Origin: Spirochaetota bacterium
GTDB taxonomy: Bacteria; Spirochaetota; UBA4802; UBA5550
Direction of reading: 5' to 3'
DNA: 64,000 bases
Assembly: GCA_963664815.2 (NCBI GenBank)
Contig: CAXXHB010000003.1
Span: 3,328,001 to 3,392,000, forward strand
Positions within the stretch are counted from its first letter, which is position 1. Each line of letters opens with the position of its first letter. Positions 61,088-64,000 of the stretch are shown piece after piece. The translations under genes were made by a program, and so were the position numbers. The notes under the pieces were generated by a model that was not told where the DNA came from, ran no database searches, and saw nothing but the letters and a program-made list of their open reading frames with translations.

Positions 61088-61220
61088 GTATAAAACATAT
61101 ACTCTCTTTTAAATTGGTTTATGTTTTTGTCTGTCTGTCATATATTCATTGACAGAATAGATCAATATTTATTACTCTATGTTCAGTCTGCACAAATAAT
61201 CTTAAATCAAAGAGACCATT

Positions 61221-61412
61221 ATGATGACACCAAACAGCCTTCCTCAGAATTTTAACCATGTTATTGAACTTGACCGCAAACTGCGCAAGGATATAACAGA
61301 ATACTACTTTTCACTTATCAAGCTGAATGATCCTGCCAAGGCGATTGAACTGCTTGCCGGTCATGTGGCTATTATGGTAGAGATGATTAATGACCTGAAA
61401 AAAGGGAAATAG
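61221..61412 (+). CDS. Small hypothetical protein
   Basis: 63 aa ORF with an upstream TTGACA...TACTCT promoter-like sequence. Confidence 0.5.
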   Translation: MMTPNSLPQNFNHVIELDRKLRKDITEYYFSLIKLNDPAKAIELLAGHVAIMVEMINDLKKGK

Positions 61413-61442
61413 ATTCCGGAAAGCACATACGAGTAAATGACT

Positions 61443-64000
61443 TCATTCTCTGCCGAACGGAATATAAATCGTGAATACAGCACCCTCACCCGGCGTCGAA
61501 TTAACTGAAATTTTACCTCTATGCTGAACAATTATGGAATGGCAAATTGCCAGGCCAAGCCCCTGCCCCTTTTGTTTACCTGTCTGTTTTGTGCTGAAAT
61601 ATGGATCAAATATTTTATCTATTATTGATTCAGGAATACCGGATCCGTTGTCCTTTACTGAAATCGCCATGTATCTGCCCGGTTCAAGCTCAAACATGTT
61701 CCCGTCATCCAGTTTAATCTCAGATGTAACTATATCGATGACTCCTTCCTCGCGCATCGCTTCTTTTGCGTTCTCAACAAGATTAATTACAACCTGCCTT
61801 ATCTGCCTTGCATCAATCATTACAGATGTATCCTGGCTTTCATTTGAATAATGTATTTCAATCCTTTCTCCCCATTTGCCTGATTCAATTGCTTCATTGA
61901 CAACATCAGCAATATTCTCCCGCTGAAGTACCGGCGCACCACCCTGTGCAAATGTAATGAGGCGAGTTGTAAGCTCTGTTGCCGCAAAACATGATTTTTC
62001 AGCATGCTCAAGCCAGTACAGACACTTTTCATTATGTACCCCGGCATACCTCATCACAGACAGCGATCCGGATATTTCCATCAGAAGATTATTGAAATCA
62101 TGAGCTATGCCTGAAGCAAGTATGCCTACCGACTCAAGCTTCTGTATTTTAAACATCTCATCCCTGAATATTTTCTGTTCAGTTATATCTTCATATGTGC
62201 CAAGCAGCCCGATAATTTCCCCGTCATTGCCTGTAAGAGGCACTTTCGATTTCCTAAATATTATTACCCTGCCTGTACTGTAATGCACCTCTTCTTCATA
62301 ATTCAGTTTCGGATATCCCGAGTCGAGAACCTCACGATCTGTTTTATTATACATTTCTGCAAGATTACTATCAAACATCTCAACATCCTTTTTCCCTACA
62401 ACCTGTTCCGGGAATTCAACACCTATTAGTTTTGCACATGCATTATTGCACCCGATATAAGTCAGATCCATGTCCTTCCAGAATACCCCGACCGGAATTG
62501 TATCCAGCACAATCTGAAGCATTTTTCTGGATCTTATAATATCACTCTCTATCTTTTTCAGCTGTGTAACATCCGTTGCAGTACCTATTATGCGGGTAGC
62601 TCTGCCTTCGGGAAGCCTTTCCACTGTCTTCCCACGGGAAAGAACCCATCTGTATGTACCATCATTTACAATAACGCGATGCAGGCACTCATAAACAGGA
62701 ATTATCCCCTTCAGATGCGCAGTCATAACCTTGACAACATTCTGTATATCTTCCGGGTGGATATCCTTTATCCGCTCACCGAGATCGTCCAGTGTCTCCT
62801 CATTATTCAGCCACAGGGGATCATTCCATTTACGCGATGTGAAAATTTTATTGCTCTGAAGGTTCCAGTCCCATACAATCTGCCCTGATACATCAAGATA
62901 AAATTTCCATTTCGCCTCACTTTCAGCCAGCTCACCGGTTCTCTTAATGACATTTTTTTTAAGTCTCCTGCCGTTATAAATGAGGACGATTATCACATAG
63001 AACAGAGACAGGATAAACAGCCCGGCAGCAATTACCGGCCTTTTATACTCTTCAAAAAAAGAGGGGGGTCTGTTAATAACCAGACTACCCTCGGGAAGCA
63101 CAGATAACGGTATGTTGAATCTTACAAGTTCATTATAGTCAAAACAATATATGTTGGGACTTTTGTTTACATTACGTATTTCCCTCAATGGTTTTCCCCG
63201 GAAATAGTTCATCACCAGAAGTGCAGCCTCTCTCCCCTGTTCACTATGACGGATGAGCTTGCCTCCGAAAACGCCATTTCCCATACCATGTTCCCACAAG
63301 TGGAATACCGGGACATGACTGTTATGATATATCTCAGAGAACTCATCGTGGAAAAGTCTCGTTGAGCCGGTACAGTCGGTATAAGCGGAAAGCAGCAGAA
63401 TTGTATAATTATTCTCAAGTTCCCGTAACCTCAAATTCAGCTGGCTAAAGGTAAGATTCTGAATTGTGAGTATATCAGTGTCAAATGGAAAGTTTTTAAC
63501 AACTGTGATAAAGTTTTTCAGATCAGCCAGTCCGGAGATTGTCCCGTCAGCAATAACAGCTATTTTTTTTCTTTCCGGAAATATATCCCTTATAAGCTGA
63601 AGAGTCTCTTTCATTGATACCTCTTCAACTATCCCTCTTATTTCTGTTCTTTGTTCAATCTTTTCAGCCATGGCAAGATCATTTACACCGCAAAAAAACA
63701 GAGGTATATTCTTAAAAAGAGCTGAACTTTGAGCAACTGCATACCGGAAGGCAGCATCATCTGCAACTATAACCGCATTATATTCCGTAAAATGTGCTAA
63801 TTTATAAGTCAGCAGATTATGAAAATAACGGATATTTTCCCTTTCGGGAAACCGCTTCGTGTCCATAAATTCTATATCCAGAAGAACATCCTCTTTGTCA
63901 AAAACCGACTTTATCCCATCCACCTGCTGATTAAATGTGGGGAAAGAGGGATTATAAGAGCTTATATACAGGACATGCTTACCGCCATGTGAGGCGGAAA
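61443..64000 (-). CDS. PAS-domain sensor histidine kinase with a periplasmic ABC-substrate-binding-like domain, 5'-truncated
   Basis: Frame is open to the window end (KHVLYISSYNPSFP). Has a TM segment, two PAS domains, H-box GIAHDFNN, N-box NLVENA, DNGSG and GLGL. Confidence 0.92.
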   Translation of the reverse strand, partial: SASHGGKHVLYISSYNPSFPTFNQQVDGIKSVFDKEDVLLDIEFMDTKRFPERENIRYFHNLLTYKLAHFTEYNAVIVADDAAFRYAVAQSSALFKNIPLFFCGVNDLAMAEKIEQRTEIRGIVEEVSMKETLQLIRDIFPERKKIAVIADGTISGLADLKNFITVVKNFPFDTDILTIQNLTFSQLNLRLRELENNYTILLLSAYTDCTGSTRLFHDEFSEIYHNSHVPVFHLWEHGMGNGVFGGKLIRHSEQGREAALLVMNYFRGKPLREIRNVNKSPNIYCFDYNELVRFNIPLSVLPEGSLVINRPPSFFEEYKRPVIAAGLFILSLFYVIIVLIYNGRRLKKNVIKRTGELAESEAKWKFYLDVSGQIVWDWNLQSNKIFTSRKWNDPLWLNNEETLDDLGERIKDIHPEDIQNVVKVMTAHLKGIIPVYECLHRVIVNDGTYRWVLSRGKTVERLPEGRATRIIGTATDVTQLKKIESDIIRSRKMLQIVLDTIPVGVFWKDMDLTYIGCNNACAKLIGVEFPEQVVGKKDVEMFDSNLAEMYNKTDREVLDSGYPKLNYEEEVHYSTGRVIIFRKSKVPLTGNDGEIIGLLGTYEDITEQKIFRDEMFKIQKLESVGILASGIAHDFNNLLMEISGSLSVMRYAGVHNEKCLYWLEHAEKSCFAATELTTRLITFAQGGAPVLQRENIADVVNEAIESGKWGERIEIHYSNESQDTSVMIDARQIRQVVINLVENAKEAMREEGVIDIVTSEIKLDDGNMFELEPGRYMAISVKDNGSGIPESIIDKIFDPYFSTKQTGKQKGQGLGLAICHSIIVQHRGKISVNSTPGEGAVFTIYIPFGRE

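Overview
Low-GC bacterial chromosomal window, probably from a free-living anaerobic Spirochaetota-like organism. That assignment is inferred from the membrane-anchored AraC regulator, the MCP architecture and the sigma54 regulators. Housekeeping and accessory genes include two OMPLA paralogs, a CapA-like protein, an M15 peptidase, uppP, three tandem acyl-CoA ligases with a divergent AraC, a sigma54/PAS-controlled Orp-like Fe-S/NifX/MinD/Mrp operon, purF, mobA/mobB, tam, gpmI, TetR-TolC, an MCP and a PAS histidine kinase. There are also tRNA-Trp and IS3/IS66 remnants. The most notable region is an island at about 31.2-43.8 kb next to tRNA-Trp. It holds an operon of ECF-like sigma factor, putative anti-sigma and TPR-CHAT caspase-like protease. 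Four copies of a bipartite motif, YGATATTAAT-N11/12-GCTCTY, flank this operon, each just upstream of an RBS. They precede divergent transcripts encoding a DUF4258-like toxin, a MORN protein, two AAA ATPases, two small 4xCxxC zinc proteins missed by the ORF track, a glutaredoxin-like protein and several small membrane proteins, many of them in paralog pairs. This looks like a CRISPR-independent, protease-gated sigma-factor response system. The function is inferred, not shown.
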